Assembly: GCA_951406725.2 (NCBI GenBank)
Contig: OX597817.1
Location: 125,860,001 to 125,924,000, forward strand
DNA length: 64,000 nt
Origin: Octopus vulgaris
Lineage: Eukaryota
Reading direction: 5' to 3'
Position numbers and translations under genes: made by a program. Shown piece after piece: positions 1 through 12,873 of this stretch. Numbering within the stretch: position 1 is the stretch's first letter; every line of letters starts with the position of its first letter. The notes under the pieces were generated by a model. The model was given only the letters and a program-made list of their open reading frames with translations. It did no database searches and had not been told where the DNA came from.

Positions 1-302
1 AAGAACAAGAATAAAGAAAAAAAAAACGAAAAAAAATAGATGCGTACGAAAGTGACCTGAAATACGACCTTTGTATACCCATGAAATAGTAAGTCTCATT
101 AATGTCAGCTTCATAGAATATTCATAATTTGATTCTGATCCACAATCTGCATTAAAATAGATATCCCATCCAGATAAAAACAAAAGTTTTGTCTTGCTTC
201 TAGGATATTTTGCTTCGTTGTAAGATACCTTAGATTTCATGGCTAGGGAAAAAATCTTATTTTCAAAATTTGTTGCTTCTATGTTTGGACAAGTATTGCT
301 CG

Positions 303-1381
303 TTATTTGAGTGCAATGTACTTGATGTTTATTTGTTTTCTACCATAGAATCTTGGATGCTGACGTTGAGAGCGATACGCTGAGATAGGTGGAAACATGT
401 TTAAGTTGTTCTTAAACCATCCATTGTACTGATAACAGGAGTTGGAATTCGCATGCCCGAATCTAGAATGAATCATTGCAAGCAAGTACAGGTGGAGTCC
501 AAGTTATATCTTGATATCGCTAGTGATAACAATACTCAAGATATATAACAGACTGGAATCGTAGGCACGTCTCTTGTAATTTCGATCAATTGGATCTTGT
601 CCTCCTTCTTGTATAGAAGTTTACGGCTGCAGCGAAATCCATTTTTGGACTCTCTTCTATCGAAGGCATTTTAACAAAAATGCTTCCGTAACGACGGTGA
701 AAATATTGTCAATTTCCCCAAACGGGGACACAATTTATTTTTTAAACAATAACTAAAGTCCCTTCTCCGAAAGGGGGAGGGTTACGGTTTACAATTATTT
801 AACAAATGCAACACAACAACGTTTCCCTGACGTGGAACCAACAAATAGTCAAACAGTAATAATAATAACAACAAACCTTTTTAATTTATCCCCATTTATG
901 TGAAACCACTTATTTAAGTTCAAGCCATTGATGCAATTTTATACGAGTTGCTAATACATGCACACACACATATTAAGGGTGAAAAATTGAATATTAATTT
1001 GATTAATATGAATTGAAAACCAGTGGTGTAGCATATAAGACCATAGCGGAATGGCAAAATGGATGACCACTGTTAATGGTTTATCCCTGTTATATAATAC
1101 ATTCACTTTAATAGTTTCAGTATTAAAGTGAATGTCTGCATTACAATAGAGAGATGTTTTTGTTTCACTTTTTAACACGTAATACTGAAATAGTGGAGAA
1201 GATATGATATTGCTGTGAGGTCACCCTAGGGAAAAAGTTATAATTTTTTGCCGATGACACTTCCCGGACCTTAAATAAGGCATGTGTAAAATGTGAATGA
1301 AATTGGTTGTGTAGTTCTCAAGTTATAGGGAAACAAACAGACAGACAGACATACATATATTCTCAGTTTTATATATATAGA
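303..1381 (-). mobile_element. Helitron, 5' portion with decayed RepHel N-terminus
   Basis: Minus strand begins TCTATATATATAAAA...GTCTGTCTGTCTGTTTGTTTCC...AACTACACAACCAATTTCAT, a typical Helitron 5' end. Downstream decayed frames read MPS..RRRTRSN*SKLQETCL and AYRSQRQHPRFYG..KYIALK*, resembling RepHel N-terminal motifs. No 3' end was found. Confidence 0.55.
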
Positions 1382-1386
1382 AATAA

Positions 1387-1512
1387 TGTGTATGTGTGTG
1401 TCTTTGTGTCTGTGTTTGTTCCCACTCCCGAGAACCAGTGTTGGTGTTTTTACATGCCTCTAAATTAGCGTTTCGGCAAAAGAGCCAATAGAATAATTAC
1501 TAGTCTTAAAAA
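1387..1512 (+). mobile_element. CORE-type tRNA SINE, 3' fragment (octopus OR-like family)
   Basis: GTGTCTGTGTTTGTTCCC...GTTGGTGT...TTAGCGTTTCGGCAAAAGAGCCAATAGAATAATTACTAG matches the copies at 4634, 11955 and 50005. Confidence 0.7.
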
Positions 1513-3554
1513 AATTCATTCCGGCTTTAACTCTGTAGTTTAGTTTATTAAGCTTATCAACGCATATCGGATATATTTATAGTTGCTGTTATGTTACAAT
1601 GATATACGGCATTGAGCTGACAGATTCATTAATATGGTGAGAAAATGGTTTAGCTATGAATAAGAAACATATGAAAGATATAATCCTAAAAAAAACCTGT
1701 TTCGTACAATGTGCTTTCATATTAATGCGTCAATCTCCTAACATGTGCAGCTTAGCTTACGAGTACTATAGACTAATGTAAAGTAAAATTCAATTAATCT
1801 AATAACAAGAGATACCATTGTAGAAGTAAACAGCCGAGACTCTTGCTGTAATTGCAAAATATTTGTACAGCAAATGTTTTGAATTACCGAATATCTGATG
1901 CTCAGACTAAATTTTTCACTTCATTTTTGTATTTCTCTCACAAACCCAGCTATAGAATAGAGTATGCATGCTGAAAAACCTATGCAATATCATGAATACT
2001 GAGACACTTATTTATGCACTAAAAAAAATAATAATGTTCAACACACATTTTCTCCCAACATGCTGCTCCACTTGACTAAGATAGTTTACATGCAAAAGCA
2101 AATAACTAAAGTATTGAATAGACTTGCTTCCTTCTATATCAATTTTCTTTTTATCATTTAGCTCTTCAAGTAATATCAAAAGAAATGTCAATAAAAGAGG
2201 AACGGTGGTGTCTTGATTTACAATTTCTAGTCACTTATGTGTGTTTTATTGGTTAAATGAAATGAAGTATAGACTGGCTGCTTGTGATCATATAATTTAC
2301 AGATTCTCAGTAAATTTCAGCTCCAGTTCATTATCTCTCTTCATGGTTCGATGGATCCGCTTGGTAGAAACCAGTTGCAAATATTTTCTTCTCTTTAAAT
2401 GAAGATGTTGCTATAGCTGTTAAGGTAGTTCTAGGAATGATTAGTTCCAATGATTAAACAATACGTATTTCTGCTGAACATAGAGAAGAGTGTGGTTAAA
2501 ACACTAAGTATAATAGACCCAGCGGTTCTATGGTTCTATGGTGTAATGCAAAGCAGATGCTTTAACAAATAATGTAAAAGTACAGAAAAAAAAAAAGATA
2601 TAGAAAGTATTTTCAAATGAAGCTTGATGTATCTTTTGGTCACCCATTGTGAATTATTAACGATCTGATGATACGTCCTTAATGCCATGCAAGAGTATTT
2701 TATTTATAAAGGAAAATATTATATACAAATCTGACGTACACATCTTTTTGAATATATATAAAGAGGGTAAGGAGTCAGAAAAACAACAAGCTATGCATAA
2801 AAATTTGCAGAGTATAATCACCAACATATTTTACGGTCTTGCTTCGCTTAATTAAGGCGATCTACGTTAAAATGCATTTCACTAGCTTTTGAGTCTTCCT
2901 TGTTGATGCTTTTGCTGTTGCTGAGGCCGAGACGTGAGGAGATTAATAATGAAAGCATTACACTTTAGTAGTTGCAGTTTAGCTTATTCTGGAGCCCTAA
3001 TTTAATACTACTGAAGACATTCTACCCCTGATCAACTCGTTTTTGTCGTTATTGCTAGGCCCACTGTATGATAACAAGAGATCTGCTACTAGTAATCCTC
3101 TAATCAGCAGGACACCTAGCAAGGCAGCCAACAGATCCGGTAACAACACCCAGAGTGCTTGGTGAGCAGTTTAATCATTTAATATCTTGCAGATTGGATA
3201 ACAGTACCTATTTAAGTGACTTATTAATTCAGAAGCATTAACAACCATTCAATGATAACCAGGTCTTCCATGGTATCAGATCATCATATATTTGCAGGCT
3301 GGCTTGTACAATTAATGTACAATTTTAGCCCGTAACTACCTACCGTACACTCTACACCACTGCGTGAGAGTGCCATCTGTAACTACCGTGATGTTAACAA
3401 CTACCTCAGTTGGAAGTGTATGTTCAATATATCACATCGATTGCCTCACGGTTACGAACGATAACATTCTCTCTATTCTGCTCCGAGCAGTAGCAAAAGA
3501 TTGACCTGAACGCAAAGAAATACATGTTTATCTGGTTTGTAGATAGAAGCAAGA

Positions 3555-3770
3555 GTGACCGAGCTAAGAGACAAACAGAATCCTGGCAATAGAGTTGGAA
3601 AGAGACAACACCATTGATAAAAAGACTTTATAAAAGTAAGGGATCAGAAAATAAGATGGTATCGGGAATATGATGTATAAACACTTTGATATTAAGAAAT
3701 TAAGAGAGAATTCACGATTGTCTTTATCAGAAAAGGTATGGCTAAACTGGACCAAGAACACTAACTACTC
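3555..3770 (+). pseudogene. Possible RTE-clade LINE AP-endonuclease N-terminal remnant
   Basis: Frameshifted reading ..RQT.ILAIELERDN.ID..EDGIG..FDIKK..SE. resembles the start of an RTE APE domain. Heavily decayed. Confidence 0.3.
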
Positions 3771-4633
3771 CTAATAACTAGATTGGAAAGCTTCTTTCGA
3801 GATGTGATCAACACACTTTTCATCTTACCTATATTCTTGAAATTAGCAATTTCCATGTTGTAAAAGAAGAGTTATAACGAACTCGGCAAATGACTATGTG
3901 TAGTATGCCCCAAAGAGTCAAGTTGATGTTAATGGATAATGACAAAGACCTTGTTTGTCAAGGAGCATCGACTTTCTAACTATATATACAAACTCCCACA
4001 AGTATGCATCCACGCACGCGGCCGCACGCACACACACACCAAACACATTGTTATTGAAGAGGGGATGGCAACTCTTATGATAAACAATCAAATGTGAAAT
4101 TTCGCTTCAGTTTGTGCTTCAAAGAGATTTTCATCATTATCAACACAATATATAAAAATCAGAAGGAAAACTGGAAGTGTTTTACAAAGCCGTCTCATTT
4201 TTTTCTCAACATTGTTGTTCCGGTATTTCATTTCACTTGAATACAATCTATTCTCTGAGGTACATAAATGCGTTTCACTTAAAAATATCAGTGAAATCAT
4301 CAGAGGTTTGTAACAGAATCATTGAATTTTGCTACAATTGTACATTAATATTGCAGAAATTTACTGAATACTTCTTGGTTCCGAACAATTCTTACTTTAA
4401 AACAAGGGAATTCCTGCTACACTGTGAACATATTGAAAACATAAGCAAACTCAATGCTTCTACCAGGTCATGTTAGAATTACAGGATGCTGATAATGTCT
4501 ATGAAGGCTAGAACTATGTCTGTACACATATATGATACATCATACATACATCCATACATAGATACACACACACACACATACAGAAGGAGAGAGAGACAGA
4601 CAGACAGACAGAGAGAGAGAGATGGATGGATAG

Positions 4634-4926
4634 ATATTCTTTTATTCTTTTATTTCTTTCAGTCATTTGACTGCGGCCATGTTGGAGCACCGCCATTGGT
4701 CGAGCAAATCGACCCCAGGACTTATTCTTTGTAAGCCTAGTACTTATTCTATCGGTCTCTCTTGCCGAACAGCTTGGTGACGAGGACGTAAACACACCAG
4801 CATAGGTTATCAAGCGATGTTGGGTGGGGGACAAACACATACATAGTAGAAGACACTTGCCCAAGGTTCCACGCTGTGGGACTAAACCCGGAACCATGTG
4901 GTTGGTAAGCAAGCTACTTACCACAC
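4634..4926 (-). mobile_element. CORE-type tRNA SINE (OR-like), near full length with an internal deletion
   Basis: Minus strand: A box GTGTGGTAAG, B box GGGTTTAGTCCC, CORE-like CCTTGGGCAAGTGTCTT, and 3' GGCGGTGCTCCAACATGGCCGCAGTCAAATGACTGAAAG followed by an (AATAAAAG) tail. Confidence 0.9.
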
Positions 4927-5870
4927 GACTATAGATAGATGTTTGTTTTTACGTCGAGTTGTATGCAAGACAATAAAACAGTAAACTAAAGAATTGCTCA
5001 ATATTTTTGTAGAGAATATATTTATTATATTTATTATATTTTTGTAAGAGCGGGGACAGCAGCTTCGAAGATTCGACCTACTAGCCTTTATGGGACAGTA
5101 CTACGCTTGGGTTCATTTGATATTACCTCCAATAATATCTTTCCATCACTACCCACCCTCCAAACATATTTTCGACCAATGAGCCGAATATGTACCAGTC
5201 TTACAAAAATATATTAGAGTTTTATTTTTAAAAAATTGTATATACAGAAATAGCGAAGGACAAGAATCGATTTCAGTATTTCTCTAGTGTTTATTTACTA
5301 ACCTCCATAATAATAGAAATCATAGTCGACTTTGGAAAAATATAAACATAGGGTGCACCGAGATCGAACAATTACTGCAAGGTATTTTTACATTGTATTA
5401 GCTCTCCTTACTAAATTAAACGCATAATATACTTATGTTTCTCTGTGTTCGAAAGTCTCTGAAGTTTAATTTGCCTTCTCTTATTCCCAGGTTAATGAAC
5501 AATACTGAATCGTATCCTGTAATAAAAACTGCAGTGGAAAATTAGTTATTTCTAAGCAATTACGAGCTGCCGCCCATTATTGTGGTCACCACAAATACCA
5601 AACTAACATAAAAGCGCAAACATTTAATCTAGATGGAATCATGATTGTGAGATTAATAATTTTGCTTTATAGCGTACCCACATACATCTTCCTACATCAC
5701 ACAGCAATATAATTATAAATATACACACTCACAAACGCATAGTTACATATGCACATTCGTCTAATTCCACGGCAAGAAATATTGGGTTAGTGTATTCTAC
5801 AAGTTTCACAGGCCAGCCAGTACAACATGGAGGAATTTGTTTGATGGAAACTATGTGAAAACCTGTTATA

Positions 5871-6162
5871 TCTATTATATAACAGCCGTTCTGTCTGTCT
5901 GTCTGTCTGTCTGTTTTCTAGGATCTCGGGAATCCTCCATCTGATTGCGCTCAAATTTGATATGTAGATACCGACGGTATCAGGGCGTGTATAAGTTTTG
6001 AAAATATTACAAAAATCGATTGCAGGTGAGAATGCGATCGATAAAGCCGTGGGAACGTGCATTTGTACGCGCAAGTATATCAGCTGATGCGATCGATACT
6101 ACGCATACGCGAGAAAAATGCACGTGCAATTTGCGCAAATAAAGCCGGCTGGCTTGAACTAA
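5871..6162 (+). mobile_element. Short non-autonomous Helitron (~292 bp)
   Basis: A|TCTATTATATAA start, (GTCT)n, subterminal hairpin AAGCC-GGCT-GGCTT (6142-6155) and CTAA|T end, consistent with insertion between A and T without a TSD. Confidence 0.6.
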
Positions 6163-6449
6163 TGCCACAAAAAGCAGCATATTTAAGAGACCAAAAAAGT
6201 AAGATGCACAACTTGGCATGAAGGAAAGAAAGACTGTTTGGTTTCTCAAGAAGTTTTTTTTTTGCCTTAACTTCATTTAACAAAACCAAAAATTTTATCG
6301 AAATAAAGGCATGCTTAATTATTTTTTAATGAAAAGAAAACACTGATTGCTTTTTATTCAGCCGATATGATTCAGCTGTGTATGTATGTGTGTGCGTATG
6401 CATGTACATATGTAGTCTGTGTATGCGGGCATTTTTATGTGCGTGAGTT

Positions 6450-6651
6450 TGTGTGCGTCTTTTACTTATATCTCATAGCTTCACAACTGGTATCGGTGTG
6501 TTTACGCCCCATCATCTGGCGGTTCGGCCAATGAGCCGATAGAATAAGTACCAGACTTACAAATAGATATTAGGGAGTAGTTTTTCGACTAAACCTTTTA
6601 ATGATGTGCCAGAGTATGTCAATAGTAGTATGACTTAAACATCTAAAAGAT
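6450..6651 (+). mobile_element. CORE-type SINE, decayed 3' part
   Basis: GGTGTGTTTACGCCCC...GCGGTTCGGCCAATGAGCCGATAGAATAAGTACCAG is similar to the 4634 copy. Confidence 0.7.
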
Positions 6652-8416
6652 TCAATGATTTTTTTTTAGATGAGATGTGGAGTGCCACATTGCACCTCAA
6701 TAATACATTTCAGAGTGTAATGTCGATTTCAAGAAACTTAAAGGTGTTCCGTCTATAGATCACCTCAGTCATTCGACCGGCGAACTACGCGATTAGAAGT
6801 CTATTCGATGAGACAAGCAACTTCAATGTGACCAGTTCTAGTAGCTCCATTATCACCACTACCGAAATCATGAACAACAACATAACGTCTATTATAACTA
6901 TATTTACTAAAGAAGTGCGTTCGACGTTTCAAGCATTGATTTGTTTAATAATTTTGGAAAATTATTTAAAAATAAAATTGTATTTGTTGCTCATTTTAAA
7001 TATGATTACTTGATTCGAATTCTTTTATTCAACTTTTGAATTTCAAATAGTTTAGTAACCGCAAAATATGGAACATATCCAAATACAATTTCCATAAAAT
7101 GATATAAAATGTAATTACATTTAAAAAAAAATAAACAGGATTTTATGTTAAACTACAATAATACGTCTGGGAAGTCAATTTGTTTGATGCGAACGATTTG
7201 TAAATTATAAATTTTGCAATATTAGGAATTGCTTTGTTTGTCTTTACGACGTACAGCATACCCACATACATACAAACACACGATTATGTTTTACATAATC
7301 GTAAAAATGCATACAGACACTCACACACATACTAACATATACACAATTGTCGAATACCAAAGCTTAACACTAAAACTAGTTTCTTGATTTATACTAAAAT
7401 TGAGGAATTTGGAATAATAATATCAAAATATGGAGTCGGATTAATAATGACATATTTCTTTATTTGTTTTATTCTGTTTTCTGTTTCCGAGTTCTTCCTT
7501 CGACATTTCACGCAAAAGATCAGCTTGCCTTGTGAAATGTTACTAGCCCCATTTGTCAAGGCGTTTTCATTCTAGGGACAGGGATGCTGTTTATAGTGTG
7601 TCAAAGAACAACAATGTGGATTCGAGAAACAAAAACTAGCATGAGAAGAAATAACCTCAGTATGCGTCTGGCACATTATCAACCTTCACGAGAAAAAAAA
7701 AAGGTTGAACTCAACAGGATTTCAGTCAGAGAATAGGATTAAATGTCATAAGTCATTCTATTCTTTGTTTTATGTTTTCTGAGTCGTCTATCTCACTTTT
7801 TTAAAAATGGCGTGATTTAAAATATGTTTTTTGCTACGGAAGCAATTAAAAAACAACGCAGACACTTCATCAGTTTTCATGCTTTCTATTTTAATATTAC
7901 TTTAGATGAGAGGAGGAGGTGGTGTAAACGCTTGCAGACTAATGGGAGCCATAATTTGATCAGTTGATGTTCAAATTTCACGTTGATAATATAACAATTC
8001 TAGAAAAAAGCTTAAACAAAGCCAGAACTATTCTAATAGCGTGCAGATGGGAAATAAACCCAACTTAAAACGGCATCAAATACTTTGAGAGACGTTGTTG
8101 TTATGGTATTAGCGTTCTTGTTGTTTGAGGTCATCTTAGTATTTTGTTGTACTTGCTGATCTGATCGAGCGGACAAAACAATGAACATCGGTAATCGGCC
8201 GACGACTATATGCAATCAACAGAAGTATTATTGCGACTATACGTAAAAATTATACGTATAGATAAAAAACACATATGCCTCCTCAAACATATAATGGTTT
8301 ATCATATGATTTGTTGGGTGACAGTTAAGGTGTTGCCTCATTAATCTCACCGCAGTAGTTTTAATACATCAATTATTAAATAACTCTGTATGTGTCATTC
8401 GTGGTGTATATATACC

Positions 8417-8648
8417 TATTTCTTTACTACCCACAAGGGGCCAAACACAGAGGGGACAAACAAGGACAGACAAACGGATTAAGTCGATTATATCGACCCC
8501 AGTGCGTAACTTGTACTTAATTTATCGACCCCGAAAGGATGAAAGGCAAAGTCGACCTCGGCGGAATTTGAACTCAGAACGTAACGGCAGACGATTAACG
8601 ACTACGCATTTCGCCCGGCGTTCTAACGCTTCTGCCAGCTCGCCGCCT
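8417..8648 (-). mobile_element. Full-length tRNA-derived SINE (Meta-domain-like core) with 16-bp TSD
   Basis: Minus strand GGCGGCGAGCTGGCAGAA..., B box GAGTTCAAATTCC, core GTCGACTTTGCCTTTCATCCTTTCGGGGTCGATAAATTAAGTAC. Perfect TSD GTGGTGTATATATACC at 8401-8416 and 8649-8664. Confidence 0.95.
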
Positions 8649-9196
8649 GTGGTGTATATATACCGTTGATAAACATGATGGTGGGGAGTTTGGTCGGAGA
8701 CAAAATCTCATCATAAACATGCTGCATTAAATAACAATATATATCTGAGTGAAACGAAAGATCATTAACGAAAACGCCAAATATTGTTCAACTCTCTAGA
8801 ACCATGCGAATGATCGTCACTCACTAGTCCCAGGACAAAACGAATTCAGTTACATTCGACATACTAAACAATGAATAAAGACTTAGTGTAAGCAAGCCTG
8901 AATAAAGACTCGGTTGATACAACTGAAATAGAATTAAATTAAAATAGTAACTATGTATTTATCGCACTAAGCGTATATACAGTGTTAAAAGGCATGACCC
9001 TGCAGAGTTTCATTCGAACAAAAATATCTTCATAGGTGTGCCATGTTATGCATATATTGGGGTGAGAAGAAAGACCGCCCAGGTGTGGACACATGAGATC
9101 GCCAGTTGTATTGCGGCCATCTTGAGCTATGTCAATGAGCTTACGCAGCAATTTGCCATATTAGTGAAAGCATTATTCACTCTTTCCTATATACCA

Positions 9197-9218
9197 GACA
9201 CACACACAAACGCACACG

Positions 9219-9281
<63 letters not shown>

Positions 9282-9282
9282 A
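9197..9282 (+). repeat. (CA)n microsatellite
   Basis: Read directly from the sequence. Confidence 0.95.
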
Positions 9283-10062
9283 AATTTAAACCTGGCTGGA
9301 GTGTTATATATTTTAAGTATGATATATAGATAGTTTAGTTAATTTAATGTTGTATCGGTTACGTACACCTTAGTTTTATAACGGCTTTAATTTTTGTAGC
9401 ATAGGATTATTTCTTGATGAGATAGCCGGTGAGAAAAGTTGTTTCAGACAGGCATGTGCCATGATTTTATATCAAGAAATAAATCATTTATTGTGTCCTT
9501 AAAAAACGACAAAAATTTGACTGTGGTTCGTACGGGTATGTCAAATACCCAAACGCAGTGCATATGTCTTTTTGTGTCGATGCTGTGTACATCGTCAGTG
9601 TGTAGTATTTATAAAAGAATTCTTTATGTCGTGCAAAGAATTAAAACACCATGCATTATTGATGACAGAATAGATTACCATCAATTTTAAGTTTCCAGAC
9701 GGAAAACAAAAATGGAGAAGAAAAAGAAAAATAGCTGAAACAATGGCCACAAATACACGAAACATGTGTAAATTCGGAAAAAGCTATAAAATCTTAGTTT
9801 AGTTATTATGTTTTTAGACAAATGAATAGCGAAATCTGTAATTTAGCCTAGATTTAATTGTCTGTTAATATTCATTTGACTATATTGTTGTTAATGTTTC
9901 TAGTAATCTATCATTTTTGCTGGCATCTCCGAATTTGAAAACAATGAACACGAGAAACCTCTTATAAATGGAATCAATTGGCTATTTGTTTTCTTGTTTG
10001 TTACTTCAGACATATTGTTTCTACTACCACTCACAACATTTTCTTTATTGATCTAGTACGTG

Positions 10063-10119
<57 letters not shown>

Positions 10120-10194
10120 GTATGTGTGTAAGTATATGTATAGGTGTATGTATATATATATATGTAAATAGGTGTGTACATGTAAATATATATT

Positions 10195-10232
<38 letters not shown>

Positions 10233-10236
<4 letters not shown>

Positions 10237-10455
10237 TATGTTATAATCTAGAACAAACAGTAAATGATATCATTATAATACGCGGAGTTTCGAATGTCGG
10301 ACCGAAGAGCTATGATAAAGTCTCGTCAGCTATTAACGCGTCTGTTGTCACTACTAGCCGACGAGAGTGCATTGTAGCTCTTCCCTCCGACATTCAAAAC
10401 ACCGAGTACTATAATGACATAATGTTTCTGTTTGTTCTAAATTATAACATATATA
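10233..10455. mobile_element. Foldback element (~100-bp arms) with a hammerhead motif in each arm, next to (TA)n
   Basis: 10233-10332 is a diverged inverted copy of 10355-10455. Minus-strand arm: TAG-CTGACGA-GA...TC-GAAA-CTCCGCG-TA-TTA. Plus-strand arm: TAG-CCGACGA-GAGTG...CATTC-AAAA-CACCGAG-TA-CTA. Confidence 0.75.
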
Positions 10456-10884
10456 AATAATCCTCTATTAATCTAATATCGAGGTCTCATTCTTTTGTTG
10501 TTACTTTTTATTTCATATATATCTATCTATAAGGTGCAGTGTGCCGAATGGTCAAGAAGTTTGTTTTGCAATAATGAGGTCCCGACTATGATCGGACTGA
10601 GGGGAATTTTCGTCTATCACTTTCTATAGTCTCACGCCATCCCATACATTGCGAGTAAGGTAGGTCTGACGGAGAAAATACGGAAACGTGTTAGCTGGAT
10701 TTTACATACAACCCAAATGACTCAGCCTTTTCAAACTCTGTTTTCCGTTGATTGTAAAATCTCAGTTGCTTATATCTTAATTCTGGATCAGGTAATTCAT
10801 TTAATGGAACAACTGAATCCTCCTTGTGGAATGCTGGAGATCCACTGCCAATCTTTAGCTATTTCTGTGTTTGTGTGCGCCTGT

Positions 10885-10902
10885 GTCTCTCTCTCTATCT
10901 AA

Positions 10903-10961
<59 letters not shown>
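10885..10961 (+). repeat. (CT)n/(CTAT)n microsatellite
   Basis: Read directly from the sequence. Confidence 0.95.
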
Positions 10962-10962
<1 letters not shown>

Positions 10963-11954
10963 GTTGTAAGAAAGTCCCTAAGAAGGCGAGACGCCACTTA
11001 GTATAAGGGACTATGAAAAAAGAAATATTAAAACGAAAGGAATTAATTTAGTTTAGACTCGAAAGAGCTTAAGGCAGCAGAAGGGGAAAACAATGAGATG
11101 ATAGAGTTTCTAATCTCGCACTTCGAAGAAAGAAGCTATGACCGTGGAAATGTTTCCTAATTTGTGGAAGCACGACAGTATTCGGATGAAGATACTGGGA
11201 GTTTTGAGAGAGGCGAAATTGCAAAAAATGATCTTCGACAAAGGTTCATCACAACACTTTCTTTGGCTATACCAATGAAAAAAGCTAAGACAGATGACGT
11301 CATGTCGATGTGACAAACGTTGCAGACGTGAAGCAAGAGAAGTCTAATAAGTGTCTCTCTTCTGAACCCGGCCGTGTATATCCAAGTAACATGATGTTGC
11401 ACTTGCCCAAGTAGGACGAAAATGACGAATTGTTGATTGCAATAATACAAAAGGAATGTTCCAAGTACAGATCATGATCACTCAACCTTTTCCGAGGATT
11501 CATTACCATTTTTTTTATTGAAAACTGTGCATACTATTGCTTTTTTCGTAGAAGCAATAGGGTCATGTTTTATTTTTCTTAGTGGTTAACCCTTTCCGCC
11601 TGGGATTTAGGTGACCGAACTCGGGAGTAACGTCCTACCGAGATAGTAGTGGTGCTATAAGCCAATGTAGCTCTATCTTTGTAGCTATTTCTGTAGTAGA
11701 CATCGATGTTCCTACTTCTATAGGCTAAACAATAGTTTCGAGAAGACTTAGCTCAATCATACCGCTCAGTTCCGCTGGAATAGAGAACTGATTTGGTTTG
11801 TCACGCCATTTTAACTTTTTTTCCTATATGAATAATGCCGACTGAAAGTTACTTACTTTCTTTCTCTTCTTCTCTCCCTCAGTCTCTCTCTCTCTCTCTC
11901 TTTTTCTCTGTATATATGTTTGTATGTATCTATATCTATGCACATGTATTCATT

Positions 11955-12145
11955 TAATTATTCTTTTACTTGTTTCAGTCATGTGACTGCGGCCATGCTG
12001 GGGTACCGTCTGTAGTCGAACATATCTTATTCTTTGTAAACCTAGTACTTATTCTATAGTTCTTTTTGTCGAACCACAACTTTACGGGGATGTAAACACA
12101 CCAACACCAGCTATGAAGCTGTAATGGGGGTGCAAAGACATACAC
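11955..12145 (-). mobile_element. CORE-type SINE, 3' half
   Basis: TTTCAGTCATGTGACTGCGGCCATGCTGG...CCTAGTACTTATTCTAT...ACGGGGATGTAAACACACCAACACC matches the 4634 copy. Confidence 0.85.
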
Positions 12146-12162
12146 ATATACATATATGCATA

Positions 12163-12234
<72 letters not shown>

Positions 12235-12335
12235 ATAGATGGCAATATTATACATAAATGCCACTCCCTAGGAGGGACTCTTAAAGTCATAACTACCAAA
12301 TATAACACATTTTATTTATGATATATTTTGGATTC

Positions 12336-12399
12336 GCTTCACTGAAGAGCAAGGGACGCGTATAACGTGTTAATTGCGAAATCACAGGTGATATGGAGC
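12336..12399 (+). ncRNA. Type I hammerhead ribozyme, apparently intact
   Basis: Stem I GCTTCA/TGGAGC; core CTGAAGA (12342-12348); stem II GCAA...TTGC; GAAA (12378-12381); stem III ATCAC/GTGAT; AUA cleavage triplet with the predicted cut after 12393. Confidence 0.85.
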
Positions 12400-12809
12400 T
12401 AAATTCTGTTTTTAAATGACTCGCTTTGAGAATTGCATTCGGTACAATGTGTTTATATTTGGTAGTTATAACTTTAAGAGTCCCTCCTAGCGTGTGGCAT
12501 TTATGTGTAATAATGCCCTCTATACAATATAATTAAATATTTTCAAAGAAAAAAATTTACAGTTTTTTTCTCTTATGAGGTTTTTTCACGCTAACTACTC
12601 GATAATTTCTTGTTAAAATTTCTCATTAAGATTTTATCCTATTTTAAAAATTTGTTCCGAAAAAGCACGTTGTCTACCGAAATGCAACTCAAAAGAGCCC
12701 GCCATTTACATAAATGTATGATTTGTAAGCATTTCCTTATGCTACGTTGACGGTGACGGTTGTCCACATGGTATGATGCTTTTGTTTATTTATGATATAT
12801 TTTGGATTA

Positions 12810-12873
12810 GCTACACTGAAGAGCAAGGGACGCGTATAACGTGTTAATTGCGAAATCACAGGTGATATAGAGC
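12810..12873 (+). ncRNA. Type I hammerhead ribozyme, second tandem copy (stem I partly mismatched)
   Basis: Core, stem II and stem III are identical to copy 1. Stem I GCTACA/TAGAGC has two mismatches. Predicted cut after 12867. Confidence 0.7.

Noticed and set aside
4265-4308. Minus-strand CTGATGA...GAAACG hammerhead-like string
   Set aside because: The GAAA is sequestered in a TTTCACT/AGTGAAA hairpin and stems I and III cannot be formed. A nearby CSQC fragment hints at a PLE relic but is too weak to call.
9978-10460. 160-aa ORF and the many other HT/IY/CV/poly-N/poly-L ORFs in the track
   Set aside because: They are open only because they run through stop-free microsatellites and show no protein-like content.
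10963-11700. Possible solo LTR starting TGTTGTAAG
   Set aside because: No matching CA end, TSD, PBS or second copy could be identified.
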